A stretch of DNA of 54,198 nt, the filler included, from Jimgerdemannia flammicorona (lineage: Eukaryota), in assembly GCA_003990765.1 (NCBI GenBank). It is 3 parts of 3 records of this genome, joined end to end, with 100 filler letters (N's around TTAATTAATTAA, not from the genome) between each part and the next. Parts side by side here need not be neighbours in the genome. Positions count along the whole stretch, not along the records: positions 1 to 18,002 come from RBNJ01002335.1; positions 18,103 to 36,103 come from RBNJ01002336.1; 1 more part is not named here. One strand, written 5' to 3'. The notes below the pieces were generated by a model. It did no database searches and was not told the origin of the DNA. It saw only the letters and a program-made list of their open reading frames with translations. The translations under genes and the position numbers were made by a program. Positions 13,190 to 25,199 of this stretch are shown here, piece after piece (the stretch's first letter is position 1; each line of letters opens with the position of its first letter).

Positions 13190-14683
13190 TTCTCTACTGG
13201 GAGATAAGTATTTCCATGTAGTTCTGGAGGACTTTGCATGCATTCTCCAGAGTTTTTTCCAGATAGTAATACATATAAGTGAGATAATTCTTCCACTTGA
13301 TGAGAAAAAACTGCTTAACTGTTTTGGTATACTTGTAAACCTTGTAGTCAAGTACTTTCTCAATTTAAATTCCTTATAATCATTGATCCTAATTGAGGGG
13401 TAGTGGTGGAACTGTATACTTAGAGAATATATTCTCATAGTAGTCCACCAGTTGGCTAATATAGAATACCAGATATACTCGAATATTATGGGGAAGTTAC
13501 AACTTATAGTTGACTTTATTAACTTTTTCCACAATCTTATATAGTCTAATTCTTCTAGTACAGAGTTTCTTGGCTAGTTATTGTGCCAGAGTGTCAGGAT
13601 GGAGGTAGTCTGTTCTAAGTATAACTATATTACCAATATTATAGGAGACTTCTCTTTGCTTTAAGTTTACATACTTAGTCTGATAGTCCTGTACTTCTAT
13701 AAGAGCATCTCTTGTCATTTGTATAAGGTCAGAAATGATCTCAGCAAGATCTTGGGCTACTGGGACTACTGATTTCACAGTAGTGCTCAGAGTTCTTGGG
13801 TGTTGACTATGGTTCAGAAAGAATGGGGTCTTTTTCATTGAGGTTTGCTGACTATTATTGTAGGCAAACTCAGCATGGACTAGGTACTTATCTCAATCAT
13901 TCTACTTATAACAGCAGAAGATACTGAGTATCTGCTTGAGAGTCCTATTGATTTGCTCAGTCTGTCCATTAGTCTGGAGATAGTATGCAGTAAAGAACTT
14001 CAGCTTAGTTCTATAGAGGGAGAAGAATGCCTTCCAGAAGTTACTTATAAACTTTACATCTCAGTCAGATATAATTGTGCTAGATATATCATATAGCCTG
14101 GATACTTAGTTGAGAAAGATCTCAGCAATCTCTAGTACTATGGTGATGGTCTCAAGTGGGCTTGTTTGCTTAGATAGTCTACAAATACTACAATAGCATC
14201 TCATTCTACCTTGATCTTGGAGAGCTAGACAATGAAGTATATGGCAATCTGATCTCAGTTGTGACTTGAGATAAGTAAGGGTTATAGAAGACCTATAGGT
14301 AGTTTGTTATCACTTTTGAACCTTTGGCATATCTCACATAAGGCCACAAAATCTTTGATATCCTTAGTCATCTTTGGCCAATAGAACTCTTTTGAGAGGA
14401 GATTGTAGGTCTTCTCAAAATCAAAATATCCTACTGCAGGAATATTATGGAGTTCCTACATGATCTTGAGCTACAGAGTATCATTGTTGGGCACAACTAC
14501 TCTGTTATGGTTTCTATAGATAAGTCCATCATGATAAGTAAATCTTTTGGACATTTGCCTCATGGATTCTGAGACCTCAGCCTCTGGGTCTTGACAGAAT
14601 TAAAGGAAATTTGCCAGAGGGTTGTTCTGTTGATAGCTGTTCTTGATCATCTGAGTAAGGTCTCTAATTACCTTAACTATAAA
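13190..14683 (-). pseudogene. Ty3/Gypsy (chromovirus) integrase with GPY/F region and chromodomain; degenerate
   Basis: FYWPKMTKDIKDFVALCEICQR (Zn-binding region), QTNGQTEQINRTLKQIL, HAEFAYNN, KKTPFFLN, KVNYKL.LP, and chromodomain EKVLDYK...FLIKWKNY. Confidence 0.9.
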
Positions 14684-17600
14684 TTTTTTTTTTTTTTTTT
14701 TTTTTATAGTTACATAGACTGTCCTTTATTACTACCATCTATAATTATAATAATACAACATCACTCCATCCCTTCAACCAATACCCAGCAGACCCATTTC
14801 TCTCTCATTGTCGCCCTCCTGTCTGAGGACAACCCAGTCACCCACCACCTGAATCCTCCCATCACTTTTCCAGAAGATACACTGTACCAAACCTCTGCAA
14901 TCCCCCCCCACCCGGCCCCCACCCTCACCATCAGCCATTCAAAATATCTAGTAATAACCATTCCCAATATGCTACCCTATCTCCAACTCCAACCCACTGG
15001 CCCTCCTCAAATACATGTACCCAATGTCCAGCCATCCCAACCCATATGGCCAGAGCCCAGCTGAGGGTCAGCCATTCATCCCCAACCCCACCAACCAGCC
15101 TTCGGCAGAGCTCTCCCCATCTCTCCCCTTCCCCTCTCTCTAGGGTCTGCAGCTCTAACTGGTCCATGATACATCCCCAGAACACCCCCAAAACATCACA
15201 CTCACCAAGCTAATGTTCAGACATTTGTACCACTCCTCCCTTCTGACCAACATCGAAACATTCCTCACACTCAAATGTACTACCTTCCACCAAATACCCA
15301 GACCAATAGTTCAACATCACATTCCACCAGAGAACTCGCCACCATACCACCCAGAACTTGGAGGGCAGCCACTGCATCACCTACCTGCTCCAAAGCCAGA
15401 GCCCATTCCAGTCCCACTCCTCACCGATCCCAACCCTCTGCCAGGCTTCGGGCCAAAGGTCGCCACCCAAGCCCTGCAGACACTCCATACCCTTGCCAAG
15501 CTAGAAGTCCTCCACCAAAACACCACCTAGCAGTAATCTGTCCCACTGCCACATCCTCGGTCCCCAATCCCCCTCTCCTTCATCACCCTGCCACCAAAGT
15601 CCAATTCTCTTAGCACCATCCACCACCCCCCACCAAAATCCCTTATACTGCATCCTCTTGCTCTCATTCATGATTACCATTGCAAGCAGGTCACCAGAGT
15701 CTCCACGAGGGGAATACCAGACCTCCCACACCCTCTGCATGAGTGGTACCCACTCTCAGCCCCTCAGCTCACTTGCCCTTCTCAGCCACCAGGCCCTCAA
15801 GCAAGGAAGCTATTTGGTAAAGTCCACCAAACCCAGCCCACCTCTTTCCACTGGTAGCATAAGTACCTCTCATCCTATCTGACTTTGCCACCCTCCCCAG
15901 ATCCATGATCTTGCCATCTTCAATAGCCCCTTGACCACCCAAGCTAGAAAGTCCAGATAATATCTCACATACTACAGCTTCAGCAGCCAATATACATTCA
16001 GCACCATCACCCTTCCTGCTAAGGATATATACTGACCACCCCATCGCAGAAGCATATTTCTTCACTCCAGAAGTTGTTGGTCCCACCAAGCACAAGGGAG
16101 AAGTGACCCAAACATTGAGAAGTAGATTCCCAAGTAACATACTGACTCACCTGCCAGTACCACTGTTCCAATTACATTGCCCCCAACAATTCCACTGCCA
16201 AGCACCAGGGTTTTGCATTTGTGCTAATTGAGCCTAGCACTGGAACCCCTCTCATACCATTCAACAGACTGTTGTAATTCCCCCACATCTGCCAATGAGC
16301 CCAGTCTAACCACTATGTCATCTGTAAAGGCCCCCATCTTCCAATTAATCCCTAAAATGTCCAAACCCTCAACTCGATGCCAGATCCTGTCCAGTAGGGG
16401 CTCTAGGGAAAGGGCATATAAGATGGGTGACAAAGGATCACCTTATAGCACTCCACGACCAAGAGGAAAGGCCACACCCCTGTGGCCATTGACCACCAGT
16501 GCTGCCTGACTGTCCTCCAAGAGGCCAATCAATGACCCATGGAACCCCTGGGGGATACCAATCCATTTCAACACTCCCTCTAACCAGTTCCTCTGCACTC
16601 TATCATATGCCTTCTCCTGATCCAAAAAGACCAACCAGCCATCCACTCCTATAGCCCAGGCTCCTTCAATTACACCATGTACCTAAGTAGTCCCATTACA
16701 GATCAACCAGCTGCCGACAAATCCATGTTGCTCTACACCAAGCACTTGTTGAGCAATTCCTTATAGCCTCATCACTAATATCTTTGTCACCAGTTTGTGG
16801 TCTATGTCAAGTAGCATGATTGGCCACCAGTTCTTCCAATCTTCCTGCCTCTTCTTATTCTTGTAGAGCAAGGAGACCAGCCCCAGGTGCTGGCCCCCAA
16901 TCCAGGTTCCAGACCAAAGAATCTCACCACACATGTCTGTCATTTCCTCCAGTACCTTGCCCACCCCAGCCATCTTCTTCCAAAAATCCCAGGGAAGCCT
17001 ATCCTCCCCTGGGGCTGTCCCCTTACTAGTCATGGCCAAGATCTTACAAATCTCCTCTCCACACACCAGGTCCCCCAAAGTCCCCAGGCCCATCACAGGG
17101 TCTAGATGCCAATCCCCCAGCTGCTGTTCAATGTTCAAGGCATCCTCCCCTCCTTCCTCCTTGCTCCATAGATCCTCTCAACTGGTTCTCAGCAATCCCA
17201 GAATTGCCTGGGTTCTCACCACTGTTTTGTTCATCATGCTTGTAACATCCATGATAAAAACCTAGTAGGTCTCTCTCTCTCCTCAAGTCCCTGCCACTGC
17301 AGCCATGCCTCCAACCCCTTCAGCCTCACCTCCTCCTCCCTATGTAACACTCCCTTAAGTTCCTCAACTTCCTTCTGGATCCTCACAATATGCCAGTCAG
17401 TTGCCTCCCAATCTTCTAGTACTCCTGCCCATCTCTCCAAGAGGGCCACCAATTGCTGTAAGGCCCAAAGCACTCTCTGCCAATATTGGGCACTCCTTCC
17501 TTTCCCCGCTTCACTCCAATACCCCTGAGCACTCACCTTTAGCCTCCTCCAGTGGTCCCCAATCACCAGACCCCAGTCCCACCATCTCCCAATATTCACA

Positions 17601-18002
17601 ATAACCTCCTTTTCCCAGTCCACCCACAAAGCCCCATCCTTCAACAAGGAAGAATTTAGTTGCCAATGTCCAGGCCCATCCTCACTTCTCTCCAACCTCC
17701 CCCCTCCTAGCAGCCCCCAGTGATCAGACTACAGACACCAAACCACCTCCAGTACTGCCCAGATATCTGCTCTCCAGCAATCTGCTGTCAAAATCCAGTT
17801 AATTCTGGAGCCCAGCCCTGCTGCTCAGTGAGTATAAATCTGATGATCATCCCAAAACTGTCTTCCTGAATCCACCAATGAACTCAACCTCTCCATCTCC
17901 AACCAGTCTTCCAACCCACCACTCTTGCTCTGCATTCCTCTCCCTCTATCTGTCCTGTCCATCTCCTTATCTCGTACCATGTTGAAGTCCCCCCCCATAT
18001 AG
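14684..18002 (-). mobile_element. LINE-C (L1/Tx1-like) inserted just upstream of the Gypsy integrase; runs into the assembly gap
   Basis: Poly-T at 14684-14705. ORF fragments FLDQEKAYDRV, LSPILYALSLEP, AFTDD, DGPGHWQLNSSLL and GGDFN at about 17985. Some CpG retained. Confidence 0.93.
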
Positions 18003-18102
18003 NNNNNNNNNNNNNNNNNNNNNNNNNNNNNNNNNNNNNNNNNNNNTTAATTAATTAANNNNNNNNNNNNNNNNNNNNNNNNNNNNNNNNNNNNNNNNNN
18101 NN
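18003..18102. other. Assembly gap with artificial linker (N44-TTAATTAATTAA-N44)
   Basis: Exactly 100 nt with a six-frame stop 12-mer in the centre. Identical to the second gap. Confidence 0.97.
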
Positions 18103-18113
18103 AAAAAAAAAAA

Positions 18114-18702
18114 GTACTAAGTAAGAAATGACAGGGCTTTGTTAGAGGCTACTTGATTTAGAATTAGATAATCTGAGTCTATAGTATCATTGAAGAGATC
18201 AGAACTATAGAGGTGGATAGCTAATTGGTTTTTTTGAACCAGAAGAAGATGTATGATAGAGTATAGAGAGTATAGTTGAATAGAATATAGAAATATATTG
18301 GAGTCTCCCCAGACTTAGGTGGTCCTTAGTCAGTCTGTTAGAGGAGAGTTAGATGGCTATCTTGATTAATAGATATAGGAGGGTATTATTTCCTTTAGGT
18401 CAAGGAGTGCTGTAGAGTAATCTATTATCACCTATCCTCTATGTTCTCTCTTTGCAACCCTTGCTAGACAGAATTAAGAATAAAGTAAATTGAAAGGTAT
18501 GAGTTTATACTAATAATATAGTAATTGAACTAAGATCCATAAAGAATGTGGCTGTCTTAAAGGGGGCCATAGAGTGGTATAAGGAATACTTAGGGGCCAA
18601 GCTCAACTGGTACAAGTGTGAGACTCTGATACTCAATAGTAGAGTAATAGGTGAGAATATAATTGGAACAATTATTCTAAAAAAAGAGGTAGTCTATTAT
18701 CT
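18114..18702 (+). mobile_element. LINE-E: heavily degraded RT fragment
   Basis: QGFVRG, LVFLNQKKMYDRV, LSPILYVLSLQPLLDRI and GAKLNWYKCETL. Confidence 0.85.
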
Positions 18703-18719
18703 AACTCCTTATTATCTAG

Positions 18720-20931
18720 GATATGGTGAGAGCAGAAGTTAATTAAATAGAAAAATGCTCTACTGGGCTGTGGTCTGGGGACCAGAAATGTGGAGATGAG
18801 ATCATCTTCTGTTGAGAGGTTCCCAGGTTAGATTTCAGACCTTTTCATAGAACTCCTTATTTACCTCCTTAAGTACTCTTTAACATTAGTAGTTTTTTGA
18901 CTTCAGATAGTCCAATTCTGCCTTTTTGAGTTCCTTCTTATCAGCTGTGGCTTTTCTGACATCACTCTTAATTACTTATATTATTTGGATCAGTGTGTGT
19001 CCTTCTGTGAGCTCTATTAGTACTCCTTCAGTATTGATATCTTTGGCTCTTATGTTCCATATCTTATCTATTTCCAGGTAGTATTTGATGGCTCCAATAT
19101 TATTATAGTTCATCCTTCTTTTCATGTTCATGGTCTTGATGATAAGGAAGCCTTTCTTGCTTTCAAACTCTATATTTGCTATATCTAGTTCACTAGGTTA
19201 GTACTATTGTACCAAAGACCATATTCTGATTTACTTATATGCCTTCAGCACTCTTTTGGCTGCTGATGATAGATAATTCTCTTTGCTTTCTACCAGGACT
19301 TGTCTGACTATCAGTAGGTCTTCAAGTGGGGCATCATATGGTTTTTGTATTTGGAGAGCTCTCTGTTCTTCCCAAGTCTAGACTTTGATTGCCAGTCTTT
19401 CACTGTCTTGAAGTTCCTAGTAGACTGCTTCAGTGAGTTCATTCTGAGTACTACTACATCTATTTGTGGAGTCTCATAGATGACTTCTTCCTTGGCCTCA
19501 CTTTTGATTACTAGATTACTTATTAGTTATAGAGCCCTTGAGATCCTTTGTGCTCATATTCATCTAGCTTTGGTTACTTGTTGAAACTCTCTCAGGTCTT
19601 GTACTTAGTATTGAAGATACTTCATAAGATTGATATCTTTCTGAGTCTGTCTTCTAAGATTATTGTACAACTTACTTATCATGATTGTATTTATTTCTAG
19701 AGTTTTTATCTAATCTTTTATATAGGTAAGTGTGGACTCCTTGGGTATTTTGATAATTACTTTCTGGTAGTAGAGGCAGATTCCTCTGATGGTTTTTTCT
19801 ATGTTTTCCATTCTCCTGGTCTCAATATTCCTTCTTTCACAAATTTTTCTCCTCTTGTAGTTGGTATATATTGTTCTAATATACTTGAGAGATATTGCTC
19901 AGATACTAGAACTTATTTTCTTACTACTCTATGTTTTCTTAGCAGTCTATATAGAGGTTGTATTCTGTCAACATTTGTTTTGCCAAGATGACTATCTCTA
20001 CTGATCCTTCTGTTTGGTCATAGAAGTATAGGGCCTTATTGTATCTGATCAATACTACTTCTTTTTCTTATAGGTAGTCTATAACTTCTTTTGATCTAAA
20101 CAGTAGTGACTTTGAAAAGATATCTAGTAGAATCCTTTTTTCTTCTTATAGGATTGAGTTTTCTCTAATTATATCATATAACTATATCTGTATTGGGCAT
20201 TAATTTGTATGTTCAAGAAGTAGGCAGTCAGCTTATTTATATATATAAGTAGTCCATAAGGTTTAACTATCAGCTATTTCCTTTTTTTTTTTTTCAATCT
20301 TCTTGATTTTCTTTATAAGATCTTATAGCTTGATTGAGGAATTCTTTTTGGTTATTGTACCATTGATCTCTTTTCCTTTTTGAAGAAATTATTCTAGAAT
20401 TTCTTAATTGATTCTTTATCTACTATTTCTTTCCATAGTTCTTCTGATGCTTGGTTCTCCTTATCAGAGTCTGACTCTTCATTGTAAACTTGTCCTTAGA
20501 AGTTGGCACCATACCCTTATTCATAATGGTACTTTTTCCATAGATGTGGTATAAATAAGTACAGTTGCAGTATTGTTCTCTTTCTATAAAGTCAAAGTTC
20601 ACATAGTTCTTTCTGGAGTTGTAATCAATTTCCCAATAGTCCATTTCTTTAACTACTCTTAGAAAATCATCTAGATAGCTAGTGTCTGATTCTCTAGCAG
20701 TTGGGTACTATATTTCATCTATTATTTTATTTAGAATAGTTGACTTCCATTTGTTCACATCTTACTATATATTGTTGTACCATATTCTTGTAGTCTTGCC
20801 TTTCTCTTCTCTTGTCCATTTTGATATTATTTCTTCCTTTAAGTCTTTTTATGCCTGTTATTGATCTTGCTGCCAGTCAACTTGGATAGTTCTATATACC
20901 TTCTTTAGATGGCTTGAGCCCCCAGTTACTT
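18720..20931 (-). mobile_element. Internal 5' region of LTR element 2: candidate PBS and degenerate coding-like sequence with no recognisable domain
   Basis: Minus-strand TGGGGGCTCAAGCC (20911-20924) resembles a tRNA-Pro primer-binding site, 7 nt from the LTR end. The purine-rich minus strand gives protein-like reading fragments. CpG-free. Confidence 0.5.
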
Positions 20932-22145
20932 TGTCAAAAAGCAATAAAATATTCTTATAATTTCTGAGATCCTTAGTGTTTAGTCATATGATAATAAAAT
21001 ATAGATACAGCAGTTGATTATATGTCAATTTCTTTATTAAGATAATTCTTTTAAGTATAGTAGTGATGTTGTATAAGTAGTTTTCTTATATAATTTCTAT
21101 ATAATGATCTTCTATATAGTATGACAATCTCTGTATAGTGCAATAGATTCCTTATATGATTTATGTATAATAATCTTAGTAGATTTCCTTATATAAATAT
21201 GATGAATAACTAGATTTGAGCAAATAACTCAGTTTGGTGGGATTTTTCCTGAATCAAACTTACTGGGAATAGATAAATAACTTAGGTAATAGATAACTCA
21301 GATAACTCAGAGGATACAGATTCTCCTTAAATTGGCAGGCTCTCTGGAAATAGTAGAAAACTTAATAATTTAAGTAACTTAAATAACTTAGATGGTAGAG
21401 GTTCTCCTGAATTGGGCTCTTCTGGGAAATAATTTGGATTCTTAATAAGTTATGTCAAAGACTGGCTTCATTTGCATGAGATTACATTGATAGACTAGCT
21501 CTATTATATAGTTGCATTAGATAGACTAGCTTATAGTAAGATTCCTTTTAATAGGTTCTCTGAGAAATAACTTAGATAATATGGATTCTTCTAAATCAGT
21601 AGACTTCTTTAGAAATGACAGATAACTTAGACAAAGTTACATCAAAGACTAACTTCATTTGTACAGAGTTATATTGAAGACTAGTTCTATTGCAAAGTTG
21701 TATCTAATAGACTGGCTTTGGTAGAATTTCTGAAAAATAACTCAGATTCTTTTCAGGCTTATCTGGCAAGTATACTAATTAATCTTTGCATCATAAAGTA
21801 GACCAGAGTGAAAAGGGAAACTATTACTTTAGATTCAATTTCAGACTGAGGTTTATTCACTCTTGTTTCTGAAGTATTTTATACAGTTGTGATTATTTTA
21901 TTCCTAATTATAGAAGGCTATGGTAGATATTTCTGATTCAATACAAGTGTTTAGACCCAGTATAGATAAATATACCCTTTCTGATATATCTGACTAATTA
22001 TACAAGTTGTTATAATAAAGCAGTCTTAGATATTCTCAGATATATTTGACTGTCTTTTTGTATACTCATGACTATTAAGTATATTCACTATAATATATAG
22101 TTATTTTATAATATTTTTATAGTATGATTTCTACTACTCATTACA
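20932..22145 (-). mobile_element. 5' LTR of LTR element 2 (about 1.2 kb) with internal degenerate tandem repeats at about 21200-21750
   Basis: Minus strand reads TGTAA...TGACA. TATA-like box at about 21876-21883. AGAGTGAATAAACCTCAGTC at 21844-21863 is identical to 47231-47250. Confidence 0.6.
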
Positions 22146-22439
22146 ATAGATAATATAGATATTAATAATATAAATAATTAATAATATTATATTTAAATTA
22201 TATTTTGATATATATATATAAACTAAGTTATATATTCTAATAAAAGAAATTTTTTTAAAATATATATTAATGAATAGATAATATAAATTTTATAAAAATA
22301 ATTTTATTACTTACTTTATAATTTATACTGATAATAGTAATTTAGTATTTCTAAGAAACTGAATTATTCTTAGTAAGATCTAGAGTAAGATTTCTCTTAC
22401 TAAAAGATTATTAGAATTTGTAACTTTCTAGTTGTCTAC

Positions 22440-24885
22440 TGTAACATAGTAGATGCAAATCTTAGTATATTGGTAGAATTCTGGATTTTGTGTAAAGAGA
22501 GAAAGAGTATATAAAGAAGACTTTTTTTTTAAAAAATTAAACTAACTATGGTTTATTCACTCTAAAATACTGAGTTATTTACAGATTTGTGCACTAATTC
22601 TGCTACTAAATATAAGACTAAGTAATAAGTTATTTTATGTGAAATTCCAAGTAGAATTCCAGTCATATCTAAGGTAAAATCTCATATAAAATCCTATCTG
22701 AAGTTTATGAAAGTAACAACAGTTTCACTAATAATGTTTTAGATATAATATCTATAGTAAAGGTAATTTCTACACTATAATAAATCAGGAAATCAGATTC
22801 AGATACTATGATCAAATGTCTATTTCCTATTTCTATTTTATACTATATATCATATCTTCTTCCTGAATAGGTTATTTTTGTCACAAAAATACTTATTCAA
22901 ATTCTTACATTATAATATTTATATATTTATTCCTCCTATATAGACTTATTTGTAATATTGTATCCAAGTAGTTGTTAGAATGTTTTTTAAGGTCCCAATA
23001 AAGTCTTCAAATAATGAATTTAGACAGTAGTGCATATGTCATCAAAAGTTAGATGGCTTCTTCCAAAAATTAGATAGTGGCTTCTTCTAAAAATCAGATA
23101 GTAGCTTAACTTCTATTCTCCAGAGTGGTCCATTTGTATGTTGGGCAGTATTTATATATTGGGTAGCATTCATATCTTCAAAAGTTAGATGGTATTTTTT
23201 AAATAATTAACTTGGGTAGTTTGTATATAATATCTTTAATTCTCTATAGTAGTCTATTTGTATGTCAGATAGTATTCATATGTCATCAAAAGTCAGATGA
23301 CAGTATCTTTAAAAGTCAGCAGATAATAACATCTTCAATTCTCATTTGTATCTTCAAAAGTTGGACAGCATTCTTATGTCAAGCAGCATTCATATATCAG
23401 GTGGCATTTATATCTTCAAAAGTTAGACAGCATTCTTCAAATAATTTACTCAAGTAGTTCATATATGATATCTTTTAATTCTGTGGTCAAAGTAGGACAG
23501 TTTGGTGTATAACAGGTGGTATTCTTATCTTCAAAAGTTGGATAGCAATGGTCTATACAGTGGTCTATTTGGTATGACAGTAGTTTATTCAGCATTTTTT
23601 GGTAATTAATCTTATAATATTATTCCTTGAACTTAGGAGTGATCTGGCTATTAACTCAATAATATACATAGTCCTTTGAAGAGCATCTATTGTTTAATAC
23701 TAATGGTTTACAGAAATGAGACTGATAACTAGAAAAACCAATTAATAGCAGATAGTACAGAAATAAATATCATGTATATTAGATAGTATTTTTCAAATTA
23801 TTAACTTGAGTGATTTATATGATGTCTTTTAATTCTGTGGTCAAAGTAGAGTAGTTCAGTATATAATAGATAGCATTCTTATCTTCAAAAGTTGAGTAGC
23901 AATAGTCTATACAGTAGTCTGTTTGGTATGGTAGTAGTTCATTTGATATTTTTTAGTGATTAATTCTTATAACATTGTCCCTCAAACTAAAGAGCAATCT
24001 GGCTATTAACTCAATGATGTGGTCCTTTGCAGAGTATCTATTGTTCAATACTGACAGTTTATAGAAATGAGGCTGACAACTGAAATAATCAATTAACAGC
24101 AGATGGTACAGAGATGAATATTATGTATATTAGGCAGTATTCTTCAAATAATTAACTCAAGTAGTTCATATATGATAGCTTTTAATTCTGTAGTCAAAGT
24201 AGGATAGTTTGGTATATAATAGGTGGTATTCTTATCTTCAAAAGTTGAGTGATAATGGTCTATACAGTGGTCTGTTTGATATGGTAGTAGTTCATTTAGA
24301 ATTTTTCAGCAATTAAGTAATATTATCTCTCAAACTAAGGAGCAATCTGACTATTAACTCAATAATATAGTCACAACAGTCTTTACAGTAGTCTGTATAT
24401 AGTGGTTGTTTATTTTTCAGCTTAAAAGTGGGGATTCATCTTGAATCACTAGTTAATAGATATGTACTAAGTTATAATATAGCAGATATAGATCTTAGTA
24501 AGTTGGTAAGATTCTGGATTTTATGTAAAGAGAGAAAGAGTATATTAAGAAGACTTTTTTTTTAATTGAACTGACTGAGATTTATTCACTCTAAAATACT
24601 GAGTTATTTATACAGATTTGTGTGCTAATTCTGCTACTAAATATGAGGCTAAGTAATAAGTCATTTCATGTGAAATTCCAAGTAGAATTTCATTCATATC
24701 TCAGGTAGAATCTCATATAAAATCCTATCTGAAGTTCATGAAAGTAACAACAGTTTCACTAATAATGTTTTAGATATAATATCTGCAGTAAAGGTAATTT
24801 ATACACTATAATAAATCAGGAAATCAGATTCAGATACCATGATCAAAGATCTATTTCCTGTTTTTATTTCATACCATATATCACA
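22440..24885 (-). mobile_element. Non-autonomous LTR retroelement (TRIM/LARD-like), 2446 bp; LTRs at 22440-22854 and 24473-24885; TSD CTAC
   Basis: About 414-bp direct repeats. Outer termini are TG (22440) and CA (24885). CTAC at 22436-22439 and 24886-24889. Minus-strand PPT at 22855-22863, with TATA and AATAAA on the minus strand. No gag or pol motifs recognised inside. Confidence 0.88.
23030..24370. repeat. Internal tandem repeats of the non-autonomous element: about 354-bp unit x about 2.7, plus shorter ATCTTCAAAAGTTRG-containing subrepeats
   Basis: CTGTRGTCAAAGTAG recurs at 23481, 23835 and 24188 (spacings 354 and 353). Confidence 0.9.
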
Positions 24886-25199
24886 CTACTGTCTTCAATT
24901 TTCTGCAATATTATAGCACTAGTTCAGATCTCTGTTAAACACCTAATTATATACCATTTTAGCTAATATTATCCTACTTTCTAACCATTTTCACCTCCAA
25001 GCCCTTTGTTGTTTCATAATTATAAATCATGAATTGTAGTTTTGATTTATTGAAAAATTGTTACTAGCAACTGATTTTGTAATAGCTAATTTGATAGAAC
25101 TATAGATTGAGAATCATTTCTCTGTGTTATCACAGTCCCATATGAATTTTGTGCAGTGGCGGCAATTAAAAACTGGGTATATTGCATTAACTATTCCTT

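Noticed and set aside
18047..18058. TTAATTAATTAA palindrome (also at 36148-36159)
   Set aside because: It is centred in identical 100-nt N runs, so it is a scaffolding linker and not biology. Adjacency across the gaps is also unverified.
23030..24370. CRISPR-like periodicity (also in the ankyrin and LTR repeats)
   Set aside because: The units are fully repeated without unique spacers, the context is eukaryotic, and there are no cas genes.
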